Source of the DNA: Slackia sp.
GTDB lineage: Bacteria > Actinomycetota > Coriobacteriia > Coriobacteriales > Eggerthellaceae
DNA: 46,840 bases
Assembly: GCA_030532315.1 (NCBI GenBank)
Contig: JAUNLI010000002.1
Coordinates: 1-46,840, forward strand
Reading direction: 5' to 3'
Part shown: positions 1 through 9,457 of the stretch, piece by piece
Numbering within the stretch: the first letter of the stretch is position 1
Layout of the letters: every line of letters begins with the position of its first letter
The notes under the pieces: model-generated
Seen by the model: the letters and a program-made list of their open reading frames with translations, nothing else
The model's database searches: none
What the model was told of the DNA's origin: nothing
Program-made: the position numbers and the translations under genes

Positions 1-48
1 ACGAGGCACAGGGCCCAACGATGCACCTCGCGAAAGCGCAGTATAGCA

Positions 49-74
49 GAAACCCCGCCAGGCGGCGGGGTTTC
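49..74. terminator. Intrinsic terminator hairpin downstream of the 98..835 gene
   Basis: GAAACCCCGCC-aggc-GGCGGGGTTTC perfect inverted repeat. Confidence 0.7.
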
Positions 75-97
75 GATGCTTCGATTGAATTCAGGAC

Positions 98-835
98 CTA
101 TTCGGCGGACTTCTCCGCTTCCTTCTCTGCCTTTTTGGCAGCCTCGCGCTCGGCCTTCAGCTGAGCGATCGGCTTGGCGGCATCTTCGCGCGCCTTGGCC
201 TCGGCGGCTTCTTTTTCAGCGGCCTGCTTTGCCTCGGCCTCGGTCTGAACGGGCTCTTCGTCCTTCTTCTTGCCGAACACATGACCGAAGCGCTTCACCT
301 GCTTGGCTTCCTTTTTCGCCTTGCGGGCGTCCTCTTTGTGCTGGGCAACCTGATTGGCCGCATTGGTGGCCATGTGCTGCTTAATTTCCTTGGGATGCTT
401 CTTCATCATTTCCATCTGATAGGCGCGGCGCACCTTGCGAATCTTGGAGAAGTCGAGCCACAGAGCGCCGATGATGCAGCCGTAGGCGGGAATGATGCAG
501 ATCCACGTGGCCCAGATGTTGTCGGGCATGAAGTTGGGGATGATCATGCCGAGCACCGTGAGCACGATGGCGCTGATCAGAAGCACCCACCAAATGCGGC
601 GCAGTTTCTTGTACTGCTCGGTGGGCGGGTTGTAGAACATGCGATCGAGTTCGGCGCGCTTAGCGCGTTCGGCCTTCTTGATGGCCTTTTTCTCCTGCGG
701 CGTATGGCCGGCGGGGCGGACGTACACGCTTGCGGCCGCCTTCGATTTCGGCTTTGCAGAAGAGGCGGATTTCTTGGTCTGGCCTTTGGGCTGTTCGCTT
801 TGATAGCGCTCGTTCATCGGGTTACGCTGAGACAC
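98..835 (-). CDS. Hypothetical membrane protein (2 TM segments, Lys/Ala/Glu-rich tails)
   Basis: ORF 98..922 trimmed to GTG at 835 after GAAAGGAA; hydrophobic segments WWVLLISAIVLTVLGMII and WATWICIIPAYGCIIGALW. Confidence 0.7.
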   Translation of the reverse strand: MSQRNPMNERYQSEQPKGQTKKSASSAKPKSKAAASVYVRPAGHTPQEKKAIKKAERAKRAELDRMFYNPPTEQYKKLRRIWWVLLISAIVLTVLGMIIPNFMPDNIWATWICIIPAYGCIIGALWLDFSKIRKVRRAYQMEMMKKHPKEIKQHMATNAANQVAQHKEDARKAKKEAKQVKRFGHVFGKKKDEEPVQTEAEAKQAAEKEAAEAKAREDAAKPIAQLKAEREAAKKAEKEAEKSAE

Positions 836-1015
836 TGGTCTTCGTTCCTTTCCATACGCGGATGCGCAGAATTTCCGTAAAGTGAAATAATGCCAAAGCC
901 CAGGCCCTGCCGCAAGCGGCAATACCGCGCCGTTGAGGCCTCGTTACATCCCGAAAACGCGACAAGAGGGCTGGCGCCGTCGAGCCGATCACGCCGGACA
1001 GCCCTTTCCCCTTGC

Positions 1016-1046
1016 AAAAAGCCCCGAACCGAAACGGCTCGGGGCT
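1016..1046 (-). terminator. Intrinsic terminator of the two-component operon
   Basis: AGCCCCGA...TCGGGGCT stem followed by a T-run on the minus strand. Confidence 0.7.
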
Positions 1047-1106
1047 CCAATCGAAAAAGCATCGTGCAAGCAGCGGCTTTGCCTGGCCGGACGCACAGCC
1101 GACGTG

Positions 1107-2714
1107 CTATTTTTTCGTCTTCAACTTGCGCATGGCTCCGGTTTTGCCGGCCGACTTGTCTTTCTGCTCTTTGCGCTCTTTCATGGCCTTGATCCGCTCG
1201 TAGTCGTAAAGCGGAATATGGATGGTAAAGCAGGCTCCTTCGCCCTTCTTGCCTTCCACCTGCACCCAGCCGCCGTGGCGGTCGACGATTTCCTTGACAA
1301 CGGCCAGGCCCACGCCCAAGCCGCCGTTTTGACGCTCGCGACTTTCCTCGGCGCGCCAGAACCGGTTGAACACCATCTTGCATTCTTCGGGAGAAAGGCC
1401 GATGCCCGTGTCGCGCACGGCAATCGAAGCCATGATGTCGCCCTTGCGAACCGTAACCGACACCTTGCCGGGGGCGGGCGTATAGCGCACCGCATTCGAA
1501 ATGAGGTTGGCCGTAGCCTGGCGAATCATGTCGCGGTCGCCGTAAACCATGACCTCGTCTTCGGCGTCGAACTCGAGCGAAAGGCCCGCGTCGTGCACAA
1601 AGGCCTCGTGCGACATGACAAGCGGCCGAATCAGCTCGCCCACATTGACCACTTCTTCGTTCATAGGGGTCGAGCGACTTTCAAGACGCGAGAGGCGCAG
1701 CAAGGCATCGACCAAGCGGCTCAGGCGCTGCACCTCGGCGTTCACCGTTCCCAGACGCTCGGCGTCGGGCTCGAACACGCCGTCGACGATCGCTTCGACA
1801 GTCGACTGGATGGCCATCAGCGGCGTGCGCAGCTCGTGAGCCACGTCCATAGTCAAGCGGCGTTCAAGCTGCTGGTTCTTCTCGACGCTTTCAGCCATGG
1901 CGTCGAAGGTCTTGCCCAGCTCGGCAATTTCATCGTTGCCTTCGAGATTGGTTCGAGCCGACAGATCGCCCTCTTTGATGGCGGCGGCGGTGCGCGTCAT
2001 GCGATTGATGGGATTGACCAAGCCGCGTGCGAACAAGAAGCCGATACACGATGCCAGAACCACCGACAGCACCGCGGCAAACGCCATAGCCTGATAACTT
2101 TGGTTACGGAAGGTCTGATCGGCCTTGGAAAGCAAGACTTCGGACCCATACACCCACATATGCACCGACCCGACGGCACGGCCGTTGGAAAGAACGATCG
2201 ACGAAGTTGCCATCTTGTCGTTGCCATCGGGGGCAAACGACGCATCGGCCGTGATGTCCTTATCGGCGGCGCCTGCGTTTCTGCCGCCGTTCGGCAGCGA
2301 CGAATCATAGATTACCTGGCCGTTTTGAGACGAAGTCACCTGAATTCCCATGCCCGGCTGCAGCATATGGGCCGACTGCGCAGGCTGGACATCGTCCATG
2401 CCGATCGGCGGATACGCGCCATCGCCCGACTCGGCCGCTGACGCAAGGGCGGCGGCGTGGTTCGACTCGTAACGGGCGGCCACGCTTTCGGCCGTGGCGT
2501 CGGCGAGTTCCTGCACGTTTTCGCGCGTGTAAGCCTGAAAATGCTGTTCCCACACATAAGAAAGAACGCCCATGGCCACGACGACGGTCATCATGGCCAC
2601 GAGCGCAAACGTCACGGTGACGCGCGTGGTGTAGGAATATTCGAAGAGGCGATCGTGGATCCGCGAGAATATGCCCTTGCGGTCTTTGTTCGAATTGTCG
2701 CCCGATGATGCCAT
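1107..2714 (-). CDS. HAMP-domain sensor histidine kinase (BaeS-like)
   Basis: Two TM segments, HAMP, H-box DVAHELRTPL, N-box NLISNAVRY, G-boxes DTGIG and GGLGVGL. Confidence 0.95.
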   Translation of the reverse strand: MASSGDNSNKDRKGIFSRIHDRLFEYSYTTRVTVTFALVAMMTVVVAMGVLSYVWEQHFQAYTRENVQELADATAESVAARYESNHAAALASAAESGDGAYPPIGMDDVQPAQSAHMLQPGMGIQVTSSQNGQVIYDSSLPNGGRNAGAADKDITADASFAPDGNDKMATSSIVLSNGRAVGSVHMWVYGSEVLLSKADQTFRNQSYQAMAFAAVLSVVLASCIGFLFARGLVNPINRMTRTAAAIKEGDLSARTNLEGNDEIAELGKTFDAMAESVEKNQQLERRLTMDVAHELRTPLMAIQSTVEAIVDGVFEPDAERLGTVNAEVQRLSRLVDALLRLSRLESRSTPMNEEVVNVGELIRPLVMSHEAFVHDAGLSLEFDAEDEVMVYGDRDMIRQATANLISNAVRYTPAPGKVSVTVRKGDIMASIAVRDTGIGLSPEECKMVFNRFWRAEESRERQNGGLGVGLAVVKEIVDRHGGWVQVEGKKGEGACFTIHIPLYDYERIKAMKERKEQKDKSAGKTGAMRKLKTKK

Positions 2715-2762
2715 GACGCGCGCCGCCTTTCTTTCAAAGCCGCCCCGAAGGCGGGCGGCCGT

Positions 2763-3470
2763 TTAGCTTACTTTCGTGGGATCTTCGAAGCGATAGCCCA
2801 CACCGTGCACCGTGTGCAGCCATTTGGGGCTGCGCGGATTGTCTCCGATCTTGGCACGCAGATTCTTGACATGCGAGTCGATCGTGCGCTCGTAGCCTTC
2901 GAAATCGTAGCCGAGCACCTTTTCGACCAGTTCCATGCGCGAATACACGCGGCCGGGATAGCGAGACAGGGTGGTGAGCAGCTTGAATTCGCTCGCCGTA
3001 AGATCGACTTCCTCATCGTTGACGAGCACCTTGTGGCCCGACACGTCGATGGTCAGCTCGCCAAACTCGAGCACCTCACGCTGCGGCTCGGAATCGGCAT
3101 GGACGCGACGCAGCAGCGCGCGCACGCGAGCCACCAGCTCGCGGGGGCTGAAGGGCTTGACCAGATAGTCGTCAGCACCAAGCTCCAAGCCGATGATGCG
3201 GTCTTCCACTTCGCCTTTGGCGGTCAGCATGATGATGGGCACATCGGAGTTATCGCGAATGGCGCGGCAGACGCGTTCGCCCGGCACGCGAGGAAGCATG
3301 AGGTCGAGCACCACCAAATCGAAATGGTGCTTTCCGAATTCTTCAAGGGCTTCCTGTCCGTCGCCGACGGCGGTGACCCAATAGTTTTCGCGCTCAAGAT
3401 AGGCGGCCACGGCATCGCGGATCGCCTTCTCGTCTTCCACCAGCAGAATGCGGCGAGTTTCGTTGCTCAT
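2763..3470 (-). CDS. OmpR/PhoB-family response regulator
   Basis: ILLVEDE, DLMLP, PIIMLTAK, GADDYLVKPF, winged helix TIDSHVKNLRAK...GVGYRF; start MSNETRR after GGAGGAG. Confidence 0.95.
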   Translation of the reverse strand: MSNETRRILLVEDEKAIRDAVAAYLERENYWVTAVGDGQEALEEFGKHHFDLVVLDLMLPRVPGERVCRAIRDNSDVPIIMLTAKGEVEDRIIGLELGADDYLVKPFSPRELVARVRALLRRVHADSEPQREVLEFGELTIDVSGHKVLVNDEEVDLTASEFKLLTTLSRYPGRVYSRMELVEKVLGYDFEGYERTIDSHVKNLRAKIGDNPRSPKWLHTVHGVGYRFEDPTKVS

Positions 3471-3609
3471 GATTGGACTCCTCCAATTCTCGGGGGGTTG
3501 AAACCCTCGCGCGACAGCGTTCGCTTCGCGCGGGCCCGGTTTGCGTTTATTGTAACGATTCGGGCCGTACGCCATGCTCCCTCCAGTGAAAATGACACAA
3601 TATGCGTCT

Positions 3610-5172
3610 ATGGCTCAAAGAAAACCTACACCACGTCGCAACGCAGGCTCGCAGCCGTCGCGCCCGAAGCACGCGCAATCGGCAAGAGCGCACAATGTCC
3701 GCCGGAATACGCGGGCCTCTGTCGGCGTCTCCGCAAGCCGCGCCACGAAAAGCAACCGCAGCGCTCACGGACGCATCGCATCTCGAACGGACACGCGTCA
3801 CAACCAGGCAAGCATGCCCGCCTTGGCGAAAGGCGCATCGAGCGCGGCGTTTCATGCAAGCCACGCCGCCACGGCGCGTGCGGCGGCGGCATACCGCCGG
3901 CCCAAAGCCCGGCGCGTCGCAAGCCCGCTCGACAACCAGGTGCGCATTCCGCTTCCCGAAGGCGAGCGAACCATCACACGCCGCCAGCTGCTCATCGGGG
4001 CGGCCGGCCTCGGAGCGCTTGTCGTGGTTGGAGCGGGCGCCCAGGCTGTCACGAAGGCGAAAGAAGCCGCCAGCGCCGTCGACACGCTCGAAGTTTCCTC
4101 CGACGCCGTAACCCTCCTCAGCGCGGGTTCCTATTCGGCCCTCGAAGGAGACGCACCGCTTGCTCTCGCGGGCGAATACAAGCTGCCCTACGGAACGCTT
4201 GTCTGGGCAAACTGCGACTCTTATGCCGCATGCCTGCTTCCCACCGAAGGGTCCACCCCGCTTACCCAAGCGGGCATCGTCTCGCTTTCCGACGGGGCCG
4301 TTGCCACCGTGCTTGCAGAACCGGCAAGCACGGAACGCGGTTTCGACATCTACGACGTGCGCTGCGACAATCGAGGCATGGTCTGGGTAGAGGCGAATTG
4401 CCTGACGGGCGAATGGCGCGTCTATCAGGCAACGCATTCAGGAAACGCGATCGGCACACCCGTGCTCGCGGACTCGGGCACGTCCGATTACGACGTGCCG
4501 TTCATCGCTGCGGCAGGCGGGCGGGCCTTTTGGCAGGTCATGCCTGATAGCACGGGAGCAGCATCGACCGAGGCGTCGCTGCTCAAATCGGCCGCATTCG
4601 GGTCGTCGGACGTGCGCGAGGATTGGCGCTCGACCGGCCGCATGGCCACGCCCATCTATTCCACCGGCGACGGCGTGGTCGTCACGCCGCGCGTCGATGC
4701 AACAGGCGTCTATCACCAACTCACACTAATCGATGCCGCAAGCGGCACTATGAAAGATTCCATGACGCTTCCCGCTGGCATGAAGCCGCTCGAAGCAGGC
4801 TACGTCGAAGGACGCTTTACGTTCTCCTTCGATGCGGGCTATTCCCAGCAAGAAGGACTGTCCAGCATCGGCACGTATACGCCGATCGACGAAGGGGGCG
4901 CAAGCGGATCGGAGTGGTTCTGCTTCGACCGCAACCCCACGGCAGCGCCCGCATGGACAGGGACGTATTTCATCGTGAAATCGACACGCACGGTCAGCGG
5001 AGTCGATTTCGCATCGGGCACGTACTTCTCGCTGCCCTGTCCCAGCGGATGCGATGATTACGGCGACTACCTCGCCAGCAGCGGATCGGTGAATTCGCTG
5101 GTCACCTATGTGGCCATGCCCGCATCAGGGGAGACCGAAGCGCACACGCTCTTGCGCGTGTGGAAGGCGTAG
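3610..5172 (+). CDS. Exported protein with an internal twin-arginine-like signal anchor
   Basis: Basic disordered N-terminus, then TITRRQLLIGAAGLGALVVVGAGA, then a beta-rich soluble domain. Confidence 0.65.
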   Translation: MAQRKPTPRRNAGSQPSRPKHAQSARAHNVRRNTRASVGVSASRATKSNRSAHGRIASRTDTRHNQASMPALAKGASSAAFHASHAATARAAAAYRRPKARRVASPLDNQVRIPLPEGERTITRRQLLIGAAGLGALVVVGAGAQAVTKAKEAASAVDTLEVSSDAVTLLSAGSYSALEGDAPLALAGEYKLPYGTLVWANCDSYAACLLPTEGSTPLTQAGIVSLSDGAVATVLAEPASTERGFDIYDVRCDNRGMVWVEANCLTGEWRVYQATHSGNAIGTPVLADSGTSDYDVPFIAAAGGRAFWQVMPDSTGAASTEASLLKSAAFGSSDVREDWRSTGRMATPIYSTGDGVVVTPRVDATGVYHQLTLIDAASGTMKDSMTLPAGMKPLEAGYVEGRFTFSFDAGYSQQEGLSSIGTYTPIDEGGASGSEWFCFDRNPTAAPAWTGTYFIVKSTRTVSGVDFASGTYFSLPCPSGCDDYGDYLASSGSVNSLVTYVAMPASGETEAHTLLRVWKA

Positions 5173-5266
5173 GGGCGGCGCAGCGCAAACGGACCGCGCC
5201 GCCCCCCGTCGCGGACGGAGATTGCCGTCGCGCACACGCTCTGCAGCTCGAACATGGGGCGCAGGG

Positions 5267-6367
5267 CTAAGCGCTCCACGCCTCGGCCCGGGAGGCCAGG
5301 CACGCGAAGGCGGCATCCTCCCTTAAGAAGGCGTATTTCTCGTTCGTGCGCAAATCTCGAAGCACGAAGTCCACGACATGCTGGGCGAAGTCGGAGATAT
5401 CGGCCATGTCGGACCCCTGATACAGCACGCTTTCCACCATGGCGCGCGATCCGCCCTCGATGCTTTGCAGCATGCCTTCCAAAACCTCAAAACACACGGC
5501 GGCATCGCGGCGGGCCGCCGCGACCTCGAACAACGATGCGTCGGACATCCACGCCGGCGCATCGCAAAGTCGCATAATCGACGAGCAGCGCCGTGCCACC
5601 TCGCCTGCATCGTCTAAGCGCCCCTGCTCGATGGCGATTTCGACCAAAGACGACAGCGCCGTCTGTAAATCGGTCGACAGGCGCAGCACGGGGCGCTGCC
5701 AGACGCTTTGCGCCTCGGAAAGGCGGCCGGTCCGCGCATAAATTGCGGCTTGACGCTCCTCCTTATCAACCGCGAACGGCGTCGCGTCAGGCAGCGTGTC
5801 GACAAGCTCCTGCGCCTGCGCGTAGTTTTCGTCCTGCATCGCTTGCGCTATCAGCATGCCCGTCGCCATCTCGCGCACGGCAGGCTCGGCGCTTAAAGCG
5901 AGGCGCTGGTAGTTCGCATCGATCGCCCGACGATACCCATCCTGTTCGATGCCCGACTCCGCACCCCCGTCGCCGCTTTCGCGCTCGAACGCCCCGTAAA
6001 GAGACAAGGCCCCGTCGAGATACATCGTCAAAATGCAAGCAAGCTGATCGCATGCGGGGTATTCGCGCATGGCATCAATGGCATAGCGGAAACCGGCGTC
6101 GTAGCTCTCTTCACGCACAAGACGATCGACCTCGCGCTGGATGGCGATGTTCTGCTCTTGCGTGATGTCTTCCTGAAACGACAGCAGCGTGTTCGCGTCG
6201 GTTTCCAGCAAACGCGCAAGCGCGGGAATCAGCGTGATGTCGGGATAGCTCGCCCCGCGTTCCCACTTGTTCACTGCGGGTGTCGAAACGCCCAGGCGCG
6301 TTGCCACCTGTTCTTGCGTCATGCCGAGCTCGAGACGCTTCGCACGGATGACTTCGTTGATCTTCAT
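5267..6367 (-). CDS. XRE-family HTH transcriptional regulator with helical (TPR-like) C-terminus
   Basis: IRAKRLELGMTQEQVATRLGVSTPAVNKWERGASYPDI; start MKINEV. Confidence 0.9.
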   Translation of the reverse strand: MKINEVIRAKRLELGMTQEQVATRLGVSTPAVNKWERGASYPDITLIPALARLLETDANTLLSFQEDITQEQNIAIQREVDRLVREESYDAGFRYAIDAMREYPACDQLACILTMYLDGALSLYGAFERESGDGGAESGIEQDGYRRAIDANYQRLALSAEPAVREMATGMLIAQAMQDENYAQAQELVDTLPDATPFAVDKEERQAAIYARTGRLSEAQSVWQRPVLRLSTDLQTALSSLVEIAIEQGRLDDAGEVARRCSSIMRLCDAPAWMSDASLFEVAAARRDAAVCFEVLEGMLQSIEGGSRAMVESVLYQGSDMADISDFAQHVVDFVLRDLRTNEKYAFLREDAAFACLASRAEAWSA

Positions 6368-6532
6368 GGTTGCCCCTTCGGTCGAAAACGAATTCGGTCG
6401 GCGCGCCGTGATTCTATTTGACCAGATAGGCAAGCGAGCCGCAATTGAAGATACGGCGCGATGCAGGCGCAAGAAATTAACCGCTGGTTAAATGCGTAAG
6501 GCGCATCGGCGTCCGAAACCCTTAGAGATAGA

Positions 6533-6634
6533 ATGTCAGGTCCATTCGACATTTCATACTTTTAAAAGCAAATTGTCAGGTTGACTCGACATTTAACTCT
6601 CATATATCATGTTCGTCAGATTGACCTGACATTT
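6533..6634. repeat. Three ~20-bp quasi-palindromic direct repeats at a 40-bp period (operator-like)
   Basis: GTCAGGTCCATTCGACATTT (6535), GTCAGGTTGACTCGACATTT (6575), GTCAGATTGACCTGACATTT (6615). Confidence 0.85.
6581..6610 (+). promoter_or_regulatory. Sigma70-like promoter of the ATPase gene, overlapping repeat 2
   Basis: TTGACT-18-TATCAT. Confidence 0.55.
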
Positions 6635-6647
6635 TTTTGGAGCAGCC

Positions 6648-7886
6648 ATGGCCGCATATGTTCATCGACCGTTTTACGAAAACGAACTTCAACAGCACAA
6701 GAACAGCCCCGATATCAAAGTAATCACTGGCGTGCGCCGATGCGGAAAATCGTCCTTGATGAGCAATCTCGCCGAGCAGGCACGATTCGAAGTCGGAGAA
6801 GCCAACGTATTCTATCGTCGCATGGACCAATTCGGCATTCCCCTTTCTCCCACGGCAGAATGGCTTGAACGGGAGCTTGCCGACGCGCTATCGAAACGAA
6901 ACACCAACCACATGTTCTACGTATTCCTCGACGAAATACAGGATGTTTCCAGCTGGGAAAAAGTGGTCCGGCGGTTGCATACCAAGGAAGGCGTCGATGC
7001 GTACATCACGGGTTCGAACGCGCACGTTCTTTCGTCTGACCTTGCCACATTGCTCGGCGGGCGCTACGTGCAAATCCCCGTACAGCCCCTTTCGTTTGCA
7101 GAATTCCTCGTGTTCTCGGAGGCGCGAAATATCACGTTCGCGAACGCCGATTCCGCATTCGCCGAATACCTGCAATACGGCGGAATGCCCGCCCAGTTCG
7201 ATTTGCCCGAACGCACGGAAGAACAGCTGGCCAACCTGCTCGAAACCATCTATGAAACAATCGTGCTCAACGATGTAGCCATGCACGCCTCCATTGCGGA
7301 TTTCGACCTTCTCTCAAAACTCGTCCGCTTCGCCTTCTCCACCTCGGGAAACCTCTTCTCCACCCGGGCTGTCGTGAATGCGCTTACGAGCGCGGGACGC
7401 AAAACCTCGTCGGAAACCGTCGACAATTACCTGAAAGCCCTTTTCGACGCGTTCATCCTTAACGAATGCGAACAAACAGGCCTTGCCGGAAAACAAGTGC
7501 TCAGGCCGCAGCGAAAGCTTTACCCCATCGACAACGGGCTGCGAAATGTTGTGACCCGGTTTTCCCCCGGCGATTTCGGCGCTCAGGTCGAATGCATCGT
7601 TTTCAACGAGCTCAAGCGCCGTAAACTCCGCCCCGAAGTAGGCGTCCTACGCGCTGGAGAAATCGACTTCGTCGCTTACGGCAAGCGCGGCGAAAGGGAA
7701 TACATCCAGGTCACCGCCTCGATGGTGGACGACACCACGTACAAGCGAGAGCTTGCCCCCTTCGAAAACCTATCCGATTCCTTCCCGAAAACCGTTCTCA
7801 CGCTCGACCGCTACCGCACGGGAATCACGGAAACGGGCGTGCGTATCGTCAATCTGGTCGACTGGCTGCTCGAAAAGGATGCGTAG
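6648..7886 (+). CDS. AAA_14 / DUF4143 ATP-binding protein
   Basis: Walker A GVRRCGKS, Walker B FLDEIQ, YITGSN, YGGMP, RKLYPIDNGL, C-terminal GEIDFVA...YIQVT. Confidence 0.9.
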   Translation: MAAYVHRPFYENELQQHKNSPDIKVITGVRRCGKSSLMSNLAEQARFEVGEANVFYRRMDQFGIPLSPTAEWLERELADALSKRNTNHMFYVFLDEIQDVSSWEKVVRRLHTKEGVDAYITGSNAHVLSSDLATLLGGRYVQIPVQPLSFAEFLVFSEARNITFANADSAFAEYLQYGGMPAQFDLPERTEEQLANLLETIYETIVLNDVAMHASIADFDLLSKLVRFAFSTSGNLFSTRAVVNALTSAGRKTSSETVDNYLKALFDAFILNECEQTGLAGKQVLRPQRKLYPIDNGLRNVVTRFSPGDFGAQVECIVFNELKRRKLRPEVGVLRAGEIDFVAYGKRGEREYIQVTASMVDDTTYKRELAPFENLSDSFPKTVLTLDRYRTGITETGVRIVNLVDWLLEKDA

Positions 7887-8024
7887 CCTGTTCGACGCAC
7901 GGCAAACCGGAAAGATAATGGCCGCTGGCTCTGGATCCGAATTTCACCAGCGCAGACAGTCGTTTCGTGCCGAAAGGCAATCAGCCTGGTTCTTGTCAAG
8001 ACGCACGGCACACAAGCACAATTC

Positions 8025-8060
8025 GGCGCCATGTCACATGCTGCCATGTCACATGGCGCC
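8025..8060. repeat. Tandem/inverted repeat between convergent genes (possible terminator)
   Basis: GGCGCCATGT...ACATGGCGCC inverted ends with an internal duplicated GCCATGTCACATG. Confidence 0.45.
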
Positions 8061-8084
8061 ATCTCATACCCGAATCGGGCTCCT

Positions 8085-8852
8085 TTATGCCCGGCGCACA
8101 GGATGGCGAATAACAGTCTTGAGATTTTCGGGCTTCGTACGACGCGGATCGCCCAGGTAAATCTCGTGATGCAACCGAACACTCGGCACGGCACCTTCCG
8201 CATCGAGAGCGGCAAGCACGCCAGAAGCATCGAACGCGACTTGCACGGCATGTCCCACAGGAGATTCGCCCCCAGCGCCAATGTCGCAAGACAATCCCTC
8301 GTCTTGCATATAAGCCGACAGCTTCGCAACGGAGGCAGGCTCATCATCATACGGGCCGCGATGCATGGCCTGAACGCACGACCCTTCAGCGAAACGCACC
8401 AAACACGGAACCCCCTCCGCATATCCTTCTGGCGCCTTTTCGCACACATCGGCCAGCGCCAGCTTCTTCTTTGTCAGCTCGGCACACGCCCATGCAAACA
8501 CCTCGGGCGTCACGAAATCGGGCTGGCGAATGAGCGACACCCACGAAAGCGCGCTTTTGTCGGCGATGGAGACGCCGTCGAATGCACCTGCGCCCGCCCA
8601 CCATAAGCCCTCAAGCGGCGGCACGACATAATCGAAATACCCCTCGGGCTGCCATGGGCCCATCTTCGACATTTTCACCGTATACGAAAGTCCGTAGAGC
8701 AGCTCGATCGCTTTCGCGTAGGCACCGTCGGGCTCATTCGGATCACCCGTTCCCGCCACGGCGAAAAACGTCATCGATGGAACATCGACGAAAGCAGGCT
8801 TGGCCTTAGGCACGTAAAGGTCTTTGTATTCCTTTTTGAAGTCAAGCGGCAT
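8085..8852 (-). CDS. GyrI-like small-molecule-binding domain protein
   Basis: DFKKEYKDLY, GDPN, VVPPLEGLWW, HRGPYDDEP, HHEIYLGDPRR; start MPLDFKK. Confidence 0.9.
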   Translation of the reverse strand: MPLDFKKEYKDLYVPKAKPAFVDVPSMTFFAVAGTGDPNEPDGAYAKAIELLYGLSYTVKMSKMGPWQPEGYFDYVVPPLEGLWWAGAGAFDGVSIADKSALSWVSLIRQPDFVTPEVFAWACAELTKKKLALADVCEKAPEGYAEGVPCLVRFAEGSCVQAMHRGPYDDEPASVAKLSAYMQDEGLSCDIGAGGESPVGHAVQVAFDASGVLAALDAEGAVPSVRLHHEIYLGDPRRTKPENLKTVIRHPVRRA

Positions 8853-8865
8853 CGCAACCCCCACG

Positions 8866-9288
8866 TCATCTTTGATCGACTTCGAAAGCAGAAGAAACGC
8901 CATCGGGCATCGAGGCGATTTCGCGCTGCAACTTCTTAGTAAGCCCGGAGAACACCAGATCATACGAGTGGTCGCACAGTTCCATCAGCAAGCCGTCCGC
9001 CACGCCCGCATCGAGAGCAAGCGATATCCAATTGCGCTTATTCATATAGAACCCCGGATAAACAGCATCGGGAAACTCCGAACGCAGAGCCTCAGCCCAT
9101 GCGGGATCGCATTTGAGCGTCAAGAGATGACGTCCTTTATATGGCTCCTTATGCTCGGGGCCTACCGTGAATTCAGCGGCGAACATCTTGCCGCCTACCA
9201 GATAGCGCCACCACTCCCATTCGGCCTTGAAATCCTTTTCGGCACCAGGCTTGGCGCATAAATACGCATCGACTTCTGCAGTATTCAT
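8866..9288 (-). CDS. MmcQ/YjbR family DNA-binding protein
   Basis: VGGKMFA, LTLKCDP, YPGFYMNKRNWIS, SYDLV...LTKK; start MNTAEV. Confidence 0.9.
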   Translation of the reverse strand: MNTAEVDAYLCAKPGAEKDFKAEWEWWRYLVGGKMFAAEFTVGPEHKEPYKGRHLLTLKCDPAWAEALRSEFPDAVYPGFYMNKRNWISLALDAGVADGLLMELCDHSYDLVFSGLTKKLQREIASMPDGVSSAFEVDQR

Positions 9289-9457
9289 CGAATCCTCCTG
9301 ACAACATGACGCGTCCATCCTACAAAAGAAAACTGGACAACGCTTGGCCTGTTTCTCAATAAGGAAGGCCCGTGCGTGCAGAAAGCAACGACCAGGCCAA
9401 GTTTGCACAGCCAAACAGCGGTCGACGCAACCCCGCAACCGCCGATGCGGCAAGCCC

